Assembly: GCF_000372725.1 (NCBI RefSeq)
Contig: NW_005201192.1
Span: 729,597-749,596, forward strand
Direction: 5' to 3'
Source: Emiliania huxleyi CCMP1516
Taxonomy: Eukaryota
DNA: 20,000 bases
How positions within the stretch are numbered: position 1 is the first letter of the stretch; every line of letters starts with the position of its first letter. This document shows, piece after piece, positions 1 to 8,847 of this stretch. Under the pieces are notes generated by a model. It did no database searches and had not been told where the DNA came from. It saw only the letters and a program-made list of their open reading frames with translations. The position numbers were made by a program, and so were the translations under genes.

Positions 1-2
1 AG

Positions 3-254
3 CATCTGCCGGTCACCGAGCCGCTTGCTGCCGTCTCACTCGCGGACGCCGGCCTCGACACGGGGCGGCCGGCTGCCCCCGAGTCCACGATGGGGGGAGA
101 GACCACGTGTATCGTGTGTTTCGCGAGAGTCAAGTCGCATGCTGCGGTTCCGTGCGGGCACCTGTGTGCTTGTGGGCCGTGCTCGGAGCTGATGCGAGAG
201 TGCCCTTACTGCCGCGAGCCAGTGATGATGTGGATGGTTCCGCGTCCGGTCTAG
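3..254 (+). CDS. 3' end of a C3HC4 RING-finger protein (IAP/MGRN-like RING-HC, probable E3 ubiquitin ligase), 5'-partial
   Basis: The frame from nt 3 reads HLPVTEPLAAVSLADAGLDTGRPAAPESTMGGETT-CIVCFARVKSHAAVPCGHLCACGPCSELMRECPYCREPVMMWMVPRPV*, with TAG at 252-254. It has a complete C-x2-C...PCGH..C..C...CPxCR pattern at the C-terminus. This frame is not in the ORF track. Confidence 0.9.
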   Translation, partial: HLPVTEPLAAVSLADAGLDTGRPAAPESTMGGETTCIVCFARVKSHAAVPCGHLCACGPCSELMRECPYCREPVMMWMVPRPV

Positions 255-429
255 ATAGATGGCTGGTAACAAGGTCTCCATCGAGCCCGAGATCAAATAA
301 ATACGCCGCGCGAGCTGGAAAGGCGAGGCGAGGCTGTCGTGGGCAGTGAAACCAGAAAAGGCGGAGTGCATCCTCTCCTTGTTCGCCGCATACAAACGGT
401 TGAATAGCCACATGCGCGTCCTCCGACAG

Positions 430-1208
430 GTCCTCTCGCTCATCAGCGTGGCCGTCCTGCTGCACCAGCAGCCCTTCATGGTCAGGCCGCGCAGGGAAAA
501 ACTTGTGCCGCTGACGCTGGCGATCGGCGCCGCCGTTCGCTGGGCTGGCCCGATTGTCGAAAGCTCGGCCATCAACGTCACGGCTCGGTCGCTACTGACG
601 CCGCTCGAGTACGTGAGCTCAAAGCCCCCGAGGCGCACGCTGAGCTCGGCGTATGCAAAGACCGCGCGAAAATTTGATCGGCTTCTGGACACTAACTCCA
701 CCGTCCAGCAGCTCGCGGGACGGCCCTCGCCCAACCTGCCACTGATCGGCGCCTCGCTGATCACCTCCGGCTCAGCCTCGGCGGTGCTCCTCCCCGGCGC
801 TGAGGCTGCCAGACAGTAGATTGCGACATACGACGTGATCTTTGCTCCGCCTCTCTCGGTGCGCCGTCCCACCCCTCTCCTCTCCCGCCTGCCGCAGCTT
901 GCCGTGCTGGCCGGCTGTGGTTGCCTGCTCTTCGGCTGCCCGGGGTTGGCACCTCAGCCCGAGCTCTTTGCCGTCGCGCTGCTCGCCGCCCTCGGCCTCG
1001 CCGCCCTCCGCAGCTCGAAGGCGAGGCCTCCCTTCCTCTTCGCACGATCCGCCCACACCGCTTCCTCGCAGCTAGAGTGGGCGTCCCTCACCCCTCCTCG
1101 CCACCGCGCAGGCGGCGGACCCCAAGCCCAAGCCGAGGAGCCGGAGGAGGTCCAAGCCCGCCAGGCCGCAGGCGCCAGGCGGAGATGGGCACGGGTGCTG
1201 CCATTGAC
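430..1208 (+). CDS. Possible multi-exon hypothetical membrane protein or gene fragment; start not identified
   Basis: GC3-rich codons and hydrophobic segments (VLSLISVAVLL, LAVLAGCGCLLFG, LFAVALLAALGLAAL). Splice-like signals: GTGAGC at ~613, ACTAAC...CCAG at ~691-708, pyrimidine-rich CGCAG at ~897, AAG|GCGAGG at 1021 and CCCTCAC...GCAG at ~1111. No family recognised. Confidence 0.3.
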
Positions 1209-1305
1209 ACACCGGCCGCTTCTCGTCTAGATGTAATCTCCCAAACTGCTCATGTATCTGTGGCGTGCCGCGCGCGCGAACACGGAGTCGAAGAGCGAGC
1301 GAGGG

Positions 1306-1333
1306 ATAAAAAATAAATAAAACGGACACCTCT
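1306..1333 (-). mobile_element. 3' end of a (TTTA)n-tailed retroposon, copy 1
   Basis: ATAAAAAATAAATAAAACGGACACCTCT is a near reverse complement of AGAGGTGTCCGTTTTTATTTATTTATTT at 1987-2014. Confidence 0.6.
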
Positions 1334-1350
1334 GGTTGTCCCCAGGCGCA

Positions 1351-1447
1351 GTTATTGTTATGGTGTTATGGCTCTCTGGGCATAGCAGCCCATAACATGT
1401 TATGGGCTGCTATGGGAGGGCCGTCCCGGGTCCACGGTGTTATGGCG
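1351..1447. repeat. GTTATGG motif array with a central 34-bp perfect palindrome; possible DNA-transposon subterminal region
   Basis: CATAGCAGCCCATAACATGTTATGGGCTGCTATG (1381-1414) is self-complementary. GTTATGG recurs at ~1357, 1365, 1399 and 1439. Confidence 0.7.
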
Positions 1448-1811
1448 CGCCCGAGAGGCCACGCCGGACTGCTCGCCGCTGGAATTTTCGCTTCGCGCGC
1501 TGCCGCGCGCGCGCGCGCGCGAGGTAGGTTCGGCATCGATCGCCAAATATTTTCTCTTTTGCCCTCATGCAGGGAGGGAGCGTTTACTCCTCGTGCCGTG
1601 GTCCTGCGGTGTGGGCTATGTGGCGACACACCCGCGTGTATACGACACTGTGCGTGTGTGAGAAAGCGAGAGAATGAGAGCTCTGCGTGTGTGGGTCGCG
1701 CGGCGTCTGCACACACAATCTGCCTGCGGCGTGTGTGCATATTGTGTTTAAGAAACGGTATCACGGTGGTTGACACACAAACACCTGGCTCCCCACAGCT
1801 ACACCGGTCAC

Positions 1812-2013
1812 GATTAGGAGCAGCAGGGACCCGAGGGACCATGTGGAAGACGGCTAGTGCTAGCCCCCCATCGGGAGGACGACCCCGGCTAGTCGCCGAC
1901 CTGCGACCACACCCACAAGAACCCTGCGCACAAAGTCAAAGATCGCAAGGGCGGGGGCCTGTTCCTTTTTACCCATCTCACAGTAGAGAGGTGTCCGTTT
2001 TTATTTATTTATT
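1812..2013 (+). mobile_element. 202-bp SINE-like or 5'-truncated non-LTR retroposon insertion with (TTTA)n tail and 12-bp TSD
   Basis: TACACCGGTCAC is duplicated at 1800-1811 and 2014-2025. The insert ends in GTGTCCGTTTTTATTTATTTATT. Confidence 0.8.
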
Positions 2014-2154
2014 TACACCGGTCACCGCGCGAGCCGAGCGCGGAGCGCGAGCGGCGTCCGGCTGGAGGAGAACACACCGCTCTCTCTGTACGCTCAATGT
2101 TGATGTGTGCTCTTGCTCTCGACGGAGAGAACGTACACTGCCAAACGTAAGAGC

Positions 2155-3060
2155 TCACGCCAGGAAGCCGTACGCGCCCGACTCCGCGTATGGGTGGCCC
2201 CGCATCTGGGCGTCGCGCAAGGCGGCCGCCGTCGCGTCGGCCACCGCCTCGAGCAGCGCCGCGCAGAGCAGCCGGGCGGTTTGCAGCATGTCCGCCGCCA
2301 GCGCCAGGTGGACGCCGCAGCCCCCGCCGCCGCGCACCGCACACACCTCGCCGGCGGCGTTGAGCCCGAGCGAGAGGGCGCTGCCCGCGGCGCGCCGCTC
2401 TGCGGCCGAGCAGTCGGCGACCAGGTGAGGTCCGAGGTTGGAGACGGTGAGGAAGAGGGGCACGCCGCTCGCGTCGAAGGGGAGGGACTCGTCGAGCGAC
2501 TCGTCCAGGTCGAGGTCGAGCGGCGCGCCGCCGGAGGGCGGCGGCCCGCCCTCGCCGCCCCCGACCGCCGTCATCCGAGGCACCCGCGTGCTCTGCAGCG
2601 CGGCGCGCACGCCGAGGGCGAGCGCGTCCAGCGGGCAGCCGTCGCACGAGATCAGCTGCGCGTGCACGCGCAGCTCCCAGCACTGCGCGCCGCGGCTAAT
2701 GCACAGCGGCCGCAGCGCCGGGCCGAGAGCCTTGTGCGAGTAGAGCGGCGCGAGCGCCGCCTCGAGGAAGGTGACGGCGTCGGTGCCGCCGTAGTCGGGC
2801 AGCGCCAAGTTGCCCGCGGCGCCGACGCTCACGCTGATCCTCCCCGCGTCCGGCGCGTCGGATTCCGGCTCCGACAGCTCTGCGACGACGCCGACAATCG
2901 CCTCGGTGTTTCCGAGCGTCACGCGCGCCGAGCCGCACGTGTGCGCAAAGATCGAGCACTCGATCGCGAGGTGCCGCAGGTCGAGCCGCGCCCGACCGTC
3001 CTCCCGCATGCCCTGCGCGACGCCCTCGAGCGTGTAGGCGAGCTCCGCGGTAGAGGACAT
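2155..3060 (-). CDS. RRP42: Exosome complex component RRP42 (EXOSC7), RNase PH fold, 301 aa, apparently intronless
   Basis: MSSTAELAYTLEGVAQGMREDGRARLDLRHLAIECSIFAHTCGSARVTLGNTEAIVGVVAELSEP... shows the RxDGR and GSARV motifs, CWELRVHAQLISCDGCPLDALALGVRAALQSTRVP, and a C-terminal GFL. The ATG at 3058-3060 matches the usual N-terminus of the family. Confidence 0.88.
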   Translation of the reverse strand: MSSTAELAYTLEGVAQGMREDGRARLDLRHLAIECSIFAHTCGSARVTLGNTEAIVGVVAELSEPESDAPDAGRISVSVGAAGNLALPDYGGTDAVTFLEAALAPLYSHKALGPALRPLCISRGAQCWELRVHAQLISCDGCPLDALALGVRAALQSTRVPRMTAVGGGEGGPPPSGGAPLDLDLDESLDESLPFDASGVPLFLTVSNLGPHLVADCSAAERRAAGSALSLGLNAAGEVCAVRGGGGCGVHLALAADMLQTARLLCAALLEAVADATAAALRDAQMRGHPYAESGAYGFLA

Positions 3061-3218
3061 ACACACACACACACGTGATACACTTTGGGGTGCTGGCGCG
3101 AGGCGGATGTCGTCACGGGGTTTTCTTCTTTTCACGTTATCATCTGTCTCGCGTCCACCCATACCGCGTTGGTGTCCAGTCCGAGCCTGGCTGTTCTTCA
3201 CCTTTCTACCTACCTACC

Positions 3219-5042
3219 TAGGGGAGGTTCGGGGTTGAGGGTTGAGCCCCCCCCTCATGCCTCAACCATCTGGTTGACGGTTGAGACCCCCCGTCAACCC
3301 TTTAGTTGGGGTTTGAGGCCTCCGGGGCCTATTCACAGGCTCGCGCGTGATCACAAGATAAATTGGAACTTGGCCTTTATACGCTTTTCTTCATATTCTA
3401 TATTCTTTTTCGAAGCGATTTTCAGCGGGTGGAATATAAAGAATATTCGAGAATATAGGCCCTATTTGGAGCCGTATTCTTGCCATATTCGAGAATATAG
3501 ACCCTATTTTGGACAAGAATACGGAAAGAATACGCAAAAAGAATATAGATAGTACTCGGCGAGAAAAGCGTATAAAGGCCAAATTGGAACAGCCCTGCCG
3601 CCAAAAAATCGCTTCGCCTGCGCGGCGCGCTCTTGGTCTTGCGCTCCTCGTACCTCGAGCGCAATCCATAAGTAGGAGACGCTCACTGTCGCCATTCAGG
3701 CGTCTGATCTTTCAGCAAAGCGATGGCCTACCTGGTACGAGTTCAGATGCGCGCCCGGCAGAAGACGCGTGTGATGCCGCATGCATGCAGTGGAATGCGC
3801 ACAGAGAACGGACGGCAAGAGAAGGCAAGGGAAGGAAGAGAAGCGGCTGGTGAAGCTCAGCTCATGGCGTAGTATTGCGTTAGCAACCGCGGTCACTAAC
3901 CATCCACGGCAAGAGTCACGGTGAATATGCTGCCGCATAAAAGCAACAGAGTCGCGGTTGGCGCGATGGTCTTGTCGCGGTTAACGACTTGACGTTGCAC
4001 ACGGCCATAGACGCAGGATCTGTTTGGCGAGCCTCAAGCAGCGAAAGCAGGCGCGAGAAATTAATGTCAATCCTGAGATCTCAATTTTGGCGCTAGTTTC
4101 GATTCCTGGTACATCACGACGACTTGCTTGGGTCTCATGTAGCTCGACGGCTCTTCGACGGCTCTTTCTGGTTGGATCAGACAGTGCTATCACTCAACAA
4201 CACATACCGAGAGCAGTGACCAGTGTGCGGCCTTTCTTGCAGGGCGGCCTTGGAGGCAACTTAAGTTCCTGCTGCATTTTGCCACTCAACTAACAACTTG
4301 ATGGCGGGCGGACGTGTCGAGCATGAGATGGAAGACGGCCATTGCTCAAACCTATTCGAGTTGGCCTCCGGGAACAAGGGTGCGTGGCCGGCGCGGTCTG
4401 TTTCACGTGCAATAAGGGCAAACGCCATCAAAATCGCGAACATGGGCCGACATGCCTCCGACATTTCTCAGGGCTCGGACGGAAGCTCTGCAGACAGCCA
4501 GACCGCTCTGCGGACTGCGCGGTCGCCGGTCGGACCGACTTTTTCAGACTTTACTATTCTGGATACTGAGGGTTTGTGCTGCTAGATCTCACTGAGCTGA
4601 GCTCGTATCTGCCTTTGGTAAGCAGTTTTGAGTTCGGTAATGTCTCCGGAGACGGACGGCCGCGTCCGCGGACGACCATGACGTCGGCCGGGACCCCCCG
4701 CGCCGTGCGGGGGCCCGCCTTCGATGGCTGTCAGCGCTCCTCCGGGCTTTGCATCACACACACCTGTCACCTCCCATTCAGAGAGAGAGAGAGAGCACGT
4801 AGCTGAAGCAAGTTCTCGTAAAAACGGCGCGTCAAATGCAGCATCCAGGCGTCTAAAGAAGACGGACGTGATCAGAGAATGTGTGTTCAGACCTTTGCGC
4901 GGGGGGTGTGAAGCTGTGAACAGCCATTCCGCGTGGTTGAGGGGTTGAAGGGGTCCGTCAACCAAGTTTGGTTGAGGGTTGAGGCCTCTGTCAACCACGG
5001 TGGTTGACAGTTGAGGCAATCGGCCTCAACCGCGGCTCACTA
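3219..5042. mobile_element. Putative ~1.8-kb non-autonomous hAT-like DNA element with GGTTGA/TCAACC subterminal arrays
   Basis: The ends read TAGGGGAGGTTCGGGGTTGAGG and (reverse complement) TAGTGAGCCGCGGTTGAGG. Both ~100-bp end regions (3232-3320, 4935-5030) are packed with GGTTGA/TCAACC pairs. No matching TSD and no transposase were found. Confidence 0.45.
3370..3582. mobile_element. 213-bp AT-rich MITE with 21-bp perfect TIRs and 8-bp TSD
   Basis: TIRs are TTGGCCTTTATACGCTTTTCT (3370-3390) and AGAAAAGCGTATAAAGGCCAA (3562-3582). The TSD ATTGGAAC lies at 3362-3369 and 3583-3590. Internal GAATAT and ATATTCGAGAATATAG repeats are present. Confidence 0.92.
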
Positions 5043-5143
5043 ATTCTTTTCGGGAAAAGAGAAACTTTCTCCCTGCAGGCTTCGAGGACGTATAGGGTGG
5101 AGCGACGGTGTCCGCCGCGTACGAGAGCACAGCCCGACACGCG

Positions 5144-7424
5144 ATGTCGACGAGATTACTCCAGCTGCTGCTCTCGCTCTGCTGCGCCGCCGCGTCGCTC
5201 GTCGGCGGCGCGCGGCGGGTGCCCGCCTGCAGGGCCTCCTCTGCAGCCGCTCAGCGCGCCGCCACCGCGGTTTCGACGGCCACCGCGCCGCCGCGCCGCA
5301 CGGAGGGTGCGGGCATGCCGGAGCTTCCCAAAAACGAGGAGGGCGGCTTCGTGTTTGGCGCGGACGCGCTGCAGGATGTGGTCGACGCCTTCGGCGACGG
5401 CCGCTTCGTCCTCATGTCCGAGGACGACGACGACGCAACCGAGGTCAGCCTGATGATGTCTGCGCAGCACGTGCGGAGCGAGCACATCGACTTCGCGCTG
5501 CAGTACGCGCGGAGCCTGCAGGTGGGCCTCGCGCCGCAGCTCTACGACCAGGTCGCCGGCGGCCTCGACCAGATCGTCCTCGACAACTTCAACCTCTCGC
5601 GCCCCGCGCTCTCCGTCTCTGCGGCGGGCGGAGGGCGGGACCCGCGGAACAGGCGAGTCGAGGGGGTGGGGGAGGGCCTGCCCGGCGCCGCGGCCCCTCA
5701 GCCACCCGCCCCCCGCCACCCGCCCGCCTCCTCCCGACCCCGGCGCGCGCGTGCGGCGCGCGCGCCCTCACGCCCCCGCCCCCCCTCGCGGATGCAGCGA
5801 CGACGTGGCGGAGGCGGTGAGGGCGCTGGCGGCGGCGGCGAGGGCGGGAGAGGAGGAGGGGGGCGAGGGCAACAGGAGCAGCAGGGGAGACGGCGGCGCC
5901 TCGCACCAGTACCTCTCCTGCTCCGGCGCCATCCCCATCCAGCGCGGGAGAGAGGGAGGCGTCCTCCGCCGGGCGGGAGGCACCGAGGCGCGCCACGCCC
6001 TGCCGCCGCTGCCGCCGCTGCCGCCGCTGCTACGCTCTGCCGCCGCTGCCACGCCCTGCCACGCCCTCGTCGCCGCCCCCCCTTCGGCCCTCCCCCTCCC
6101 CCGCCCGACCCCCTCCCCGCCCTCCCTCCCCTCCCCGCCTCCCCGCCCGCAGGCCGTAGTCGAGCTCGCCCGCCTCGCCGGCCTCCCTCCCCTCGGCCTG
6201 CACGCCACGATGCGCGTGTCGGGCCTCGCCGCGCTCCGCGAGGCGACGGCGCGGTGGGGGCTGCCGCACGCGTCCACCGCCGACCTCGTCGCGCGGCAGC
6301 GCCAGCAGCAGAAGCTCGTAGAGCGGTGCGGACCGCCCGTCACCATGCCAACCAGGCACGGCGAGTTCATCGCGCACACGTACCGGTCGCTCGTCGACGG
6401 CGCAGCAGCACCGCCGCAGCGGTTCGCGGGGATGCGAGCCCCCCCTCACGCGGCTCGCTGTGCGTAGGCCAAGAGCACATCGCCCTCGTCAAGAACCGAC
6501 CCGTCTTCCGCACCGTCGGCAGCTCCGGCGGCGGGGCCGGCATCGCCCCCACCGACCTGCGGCCCTTCTCGTCGCAGCCTGCGGGCGCGACGGCGCCGCT
6601 GGTGCGCGTGCACTCGGAGTGCTGCACGGGGGACGTGTTTGGGTCTCTGCGTTGCGATTGCGGGCCGCAGCTCGAGAAGGCGCTGCAGGCGATCGAGCTC
6701 GACGGCTGTGGTGTCTTGCTGTACCTGCGGGGGCAGGAGGGGCGCGGCATCGGCCTCGGGGCAAAGATGTGAGAGAGGAGCCGAGAGGGAGACGAGAGGC
6801 AGACGGGAGGGAGACGAGAGGGAGACGAGAGGCAGACGGGAGGCAGACGGGAGGCAGACGGGAGGCAGACGGGAGGCAGACGGGAGGCAGACGGGAGGCA
6901 GACGAGACATCTCCTCTGTGAGACACGTCCTTGTGCCTCCCGGTCGCAGGCACGCGTATGCGCTGCAGGAGCAGGGCGTGGACACGCTCGACGCAAACTT
7001 GCAGCTCGGTTTGCCCGCCGACTCGCGCGAGTACGGCACCGGCGCGCAGATCCTGGCCGACCTCGGCATCCGGGACATGCGCCTCATGTCAAACAACCCG
7101 AAGAAGTTCTCGGGGCTCGCGGGGTGAGCCGAGAGGACCCGCGAGGACCCGCGAGGACCTGAGAGGATCCGCGAGGACCCGCGAGGACCCGCGAGGACCT
7201 GAGAGGACTCGAGAGATCGTTTGGGCCCAGCGTGGCGGCGCCCCCTCACGCCGCGCCGCCGCGAGCGCAGGTTCGGGCTGCGCATCGTCGAGCGAGTGCC
7301 GTCGCACGTCGCGCCCAACCCAAACAACATCAAATACCTCCGGACCAAGGAGGAGCGGATGGGCCACCTGTTAGACCTCGCCGACAAGATCGATCCGGGA
7401 GGCGTGGGCGGCGACGCCATTTAG
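5144..7424 (+). CDS. ribA: RibA-type riboflavin biosynthesis protein: degenerate DHBP-synthase domain plus intact GTP cyclohydrolase II, probable plastid-targeting leader. Exons 5144-5652, 5798-5987, 6153-6399, 6468-6768, 6950-7123, 7271-7424 (524 aa)
   Basis: The spliced product keeps frame and gives [128 protein letters not shown] and [13 protein letters not shown]. The N-terminus [19 protein letters not shown] is followed by an Ala/Arg/Ser-rich stretch. Introns 1-3 are GC-AG; introns 4-5 are GT-AG. Confidence 0.93.
6780..6906 (+). repeat. Intronic 11-bp minisatellite (GACGGGAGGCA)n
   Basis: About 11 units of GACG(G/A)GAGG(C/G)A in ribA intron 4. Confidence 0.9.
7131..7215 (+). repeat. Intronic 10-bp minisatellite (GAGGACCCGC)n
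   Basis: About 8 units of GAGGAC(C/T)(C/T)G(C/A) in ribA intron 5. Confidence 0.9.
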
Positions 7425-7839
7425 CCCTCACGTGCGGCACCGCGCTTTAACTCGCGCTGACGGCTGTATTTTACTCAGACCCCCCCGCTGCACTGGCGGT
7501 GTGCACTCAGCGGACACCGCGGGCGGGCGCTCGAGGTCAACTAGGACGCGCGGACGCGACCAGCCATTCAGCCATGCTCAGTGGAGACCTCTCTTCTAAG
7601 CTCTCTAAACTCTACAACTTACTACAAGTACAACCAGCTGTTTTCGTAACGTTGGGAGCTGTCGCACTGAACAGACAACTGACAACTAACTCAGTGTTGC
7701 TGTGTTTTAACAGTAACAACAGAACAACAGTGGGGCTCCCCAACTACAGTAGGAGTAGCTAACCGATTAGGCCGGCTGAACAACAATAAGGAAGGCCTGG
7801 CAGTGTCCAGTGACCCACGACGATCTCCAGCGTCCAGTG

Positions 7840-7875
7840 CGGGTAAAACCCGAAAATATTTTCGGGTTTTACCCG
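7840..7875. repeat. 36-bp perfect palindrome
   Basis: CGGGTAAAACCCGAAAATATTTTCGGGTTTTACCCG equals its own reverse complement. Confidence 0.95.
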
Positions 7876-7980
7876 TTCCTTTTGCCGTTTTCTGCTTGCT
7901 GGCCGCTGAACAACAGTAAACAACAATAACAAACAGTAACAGCATGGGCTGGGGTGAACACTTGAACAACGTTGAGGATT

Positions 7981-8345
7981 TCAGCCAACACTAGCGCAAC
8001 TGTTAGGCCCAAAGTTAATGTTAAACAGCTCTAACAACCACACGCACGCTGCCTGCTCTGGGACGGCGCGCCACCGCTCGTCGTCCAGCATGTGCCACCA
8101 CCGCCGACCCGAGTAGCCGTCGTACTCGACCTCGTGCACGATCCGTCCGTCCCCGTCCTCCTCCCGCGCCATGACGGTCGCAGGGTACCACCGCTCACTG
8201 TCGCAGAAGATCTCGAGGCGCGATCCGGTGGACAGGACAGAGTAGCCGTCGAGCGCCGCCCTGGCATCCTCGCGCTTTCGCTTCCGCAGCTTCGCCTTCG
8301 TCGGCTCGCTGGTGGAGCGGCGTGAGAGAACGTCGATGAACGTAG
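7981..8345 (-). pseudogene. 5'-truncated ORF fragment encoding a basic NLS-like patch and a Tudor/Agenet-like domain
   Basis: ...KAKLRKRKRED...GSRLEIFCDSERWYPATVMAREEDGDGRIVHEVEYDGYSGRRWWHMLDDERWR shows the W-Y-P-A-x-V...V-x-Y-D-G-Y pattern of Tudor-like barrels. Upstream it runs into a (CTGT)n tract and a MITE. Confidence 0.6.
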
Positions 8346-8407
8346 GGGCAGGACCGGTCCCGAATAAACTGTCTGTCTGTCTGTCTGCCCACTCCACATT
8401 TAATTAA

Positions 8408-8749
8408 AGCTGTGGAGTCTGTACCCGATTTTTCGGCAGCCCACTTTTCTGCAGCTCCCCAACTCGTGGAGAAAGGCGGGTCTGTACCCAATTTTTCTGC
8501 AGATTTTTCTCTAGGCAAAACTTTCTCTCCCCAGTTTTCTGCAGCCTCCCAAGATTTGCCTAGCGAACCATTGGCGCTTTTCCCCCCAGTTTTCTGCAGC
8601 CCCCAGTTTTCTGCAGGCGAAAAGTCGAGATCTGCAGAAAAGTTTTGTCGCGAGTGCAGACCCGCTGTGCGGAAAAAATGAAAGGGGCGTTTGCAAGAGG
8701 GGAGCTGCAGAAAAGTGGGGCTGCCGAAAAATCGGGTACAGACTCCAGC
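8408..8749. mobile_element. ~340-bp MITE with ~48-bp TIRs, flanked by TTAA
   Basis: TGGAGTCTGTACCCGATTTTTCGGCAGCCCACTTTTCTGCAGCTCCCC (8413-8460) is inverted at 8699-8747 with a 1-nt indel. TTAA lies at 8404-8407 and 8750-8753. About 7 internal TTTTCTGCAG motifs switch orientation near 8620. Confidence 0.9.
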
Positions 8750-8793
8750 TTAAGCGTCGCAAAGTCTTGCCGGCCGCCCATGAACGACCATTA

Positions 8794-8847
8794 ATAAATA
8801 AATAAATAAAACAGACATCCCAAGCTAGGGCTGGGTCGAGGACATGA
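8794..8847 (-). mobile_element. 54-bp truncated (TTTA)n-tailed retroposon, copy 3, with 14-bp TSD
   Basis: ATGAACGACCATTA is duplicated at 8780-8793 and 8848-8861. The insert starts ATAAATAAATAAATAAAACAGACATCC, resembling AATAAATAAAACGGACACC at ~1312. Confidence 0.75.

Noticed and set aside
1306..2014. Inverted pair of AAATAAAACGGACACCTCT motifs read as TIRs of one 700-bp DNA transposon
   Set aside because: The right copy has its own 12-bp TSD enclosing only 1812-2013, and a third solo copy exists at 8794. Independent retroposon ends in opposite orientation explain this better.
3061..3201. 47-aa N-terminal extension of RRP42 in the ORF track
   Set aside because: It uses a non-ATG start and runs through a (TG)n microsatellite. 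Family similarity begins at ATG 3060.
3600..4900. Short ORFs inside the putative hAT-like element as a transposase
   Set aside because: No DDE, BED-finger or hAT dimerisation motifs were found in the frames examined, and stops are frequent.
5108..6772. 554-aa single ORF as the RibA protein
   Set aside because: It reads through introns and is out of frame for exons 2-3, giving Arg/Pro-rich nonsense. The spliced model restores the conserved motifs.
6780..7215. Short tandem repeats as a CRISPR array
   Set aside because: There are no unique spacers, the repeats are intronic in a eukaryotic gene, and no cas genes are present.
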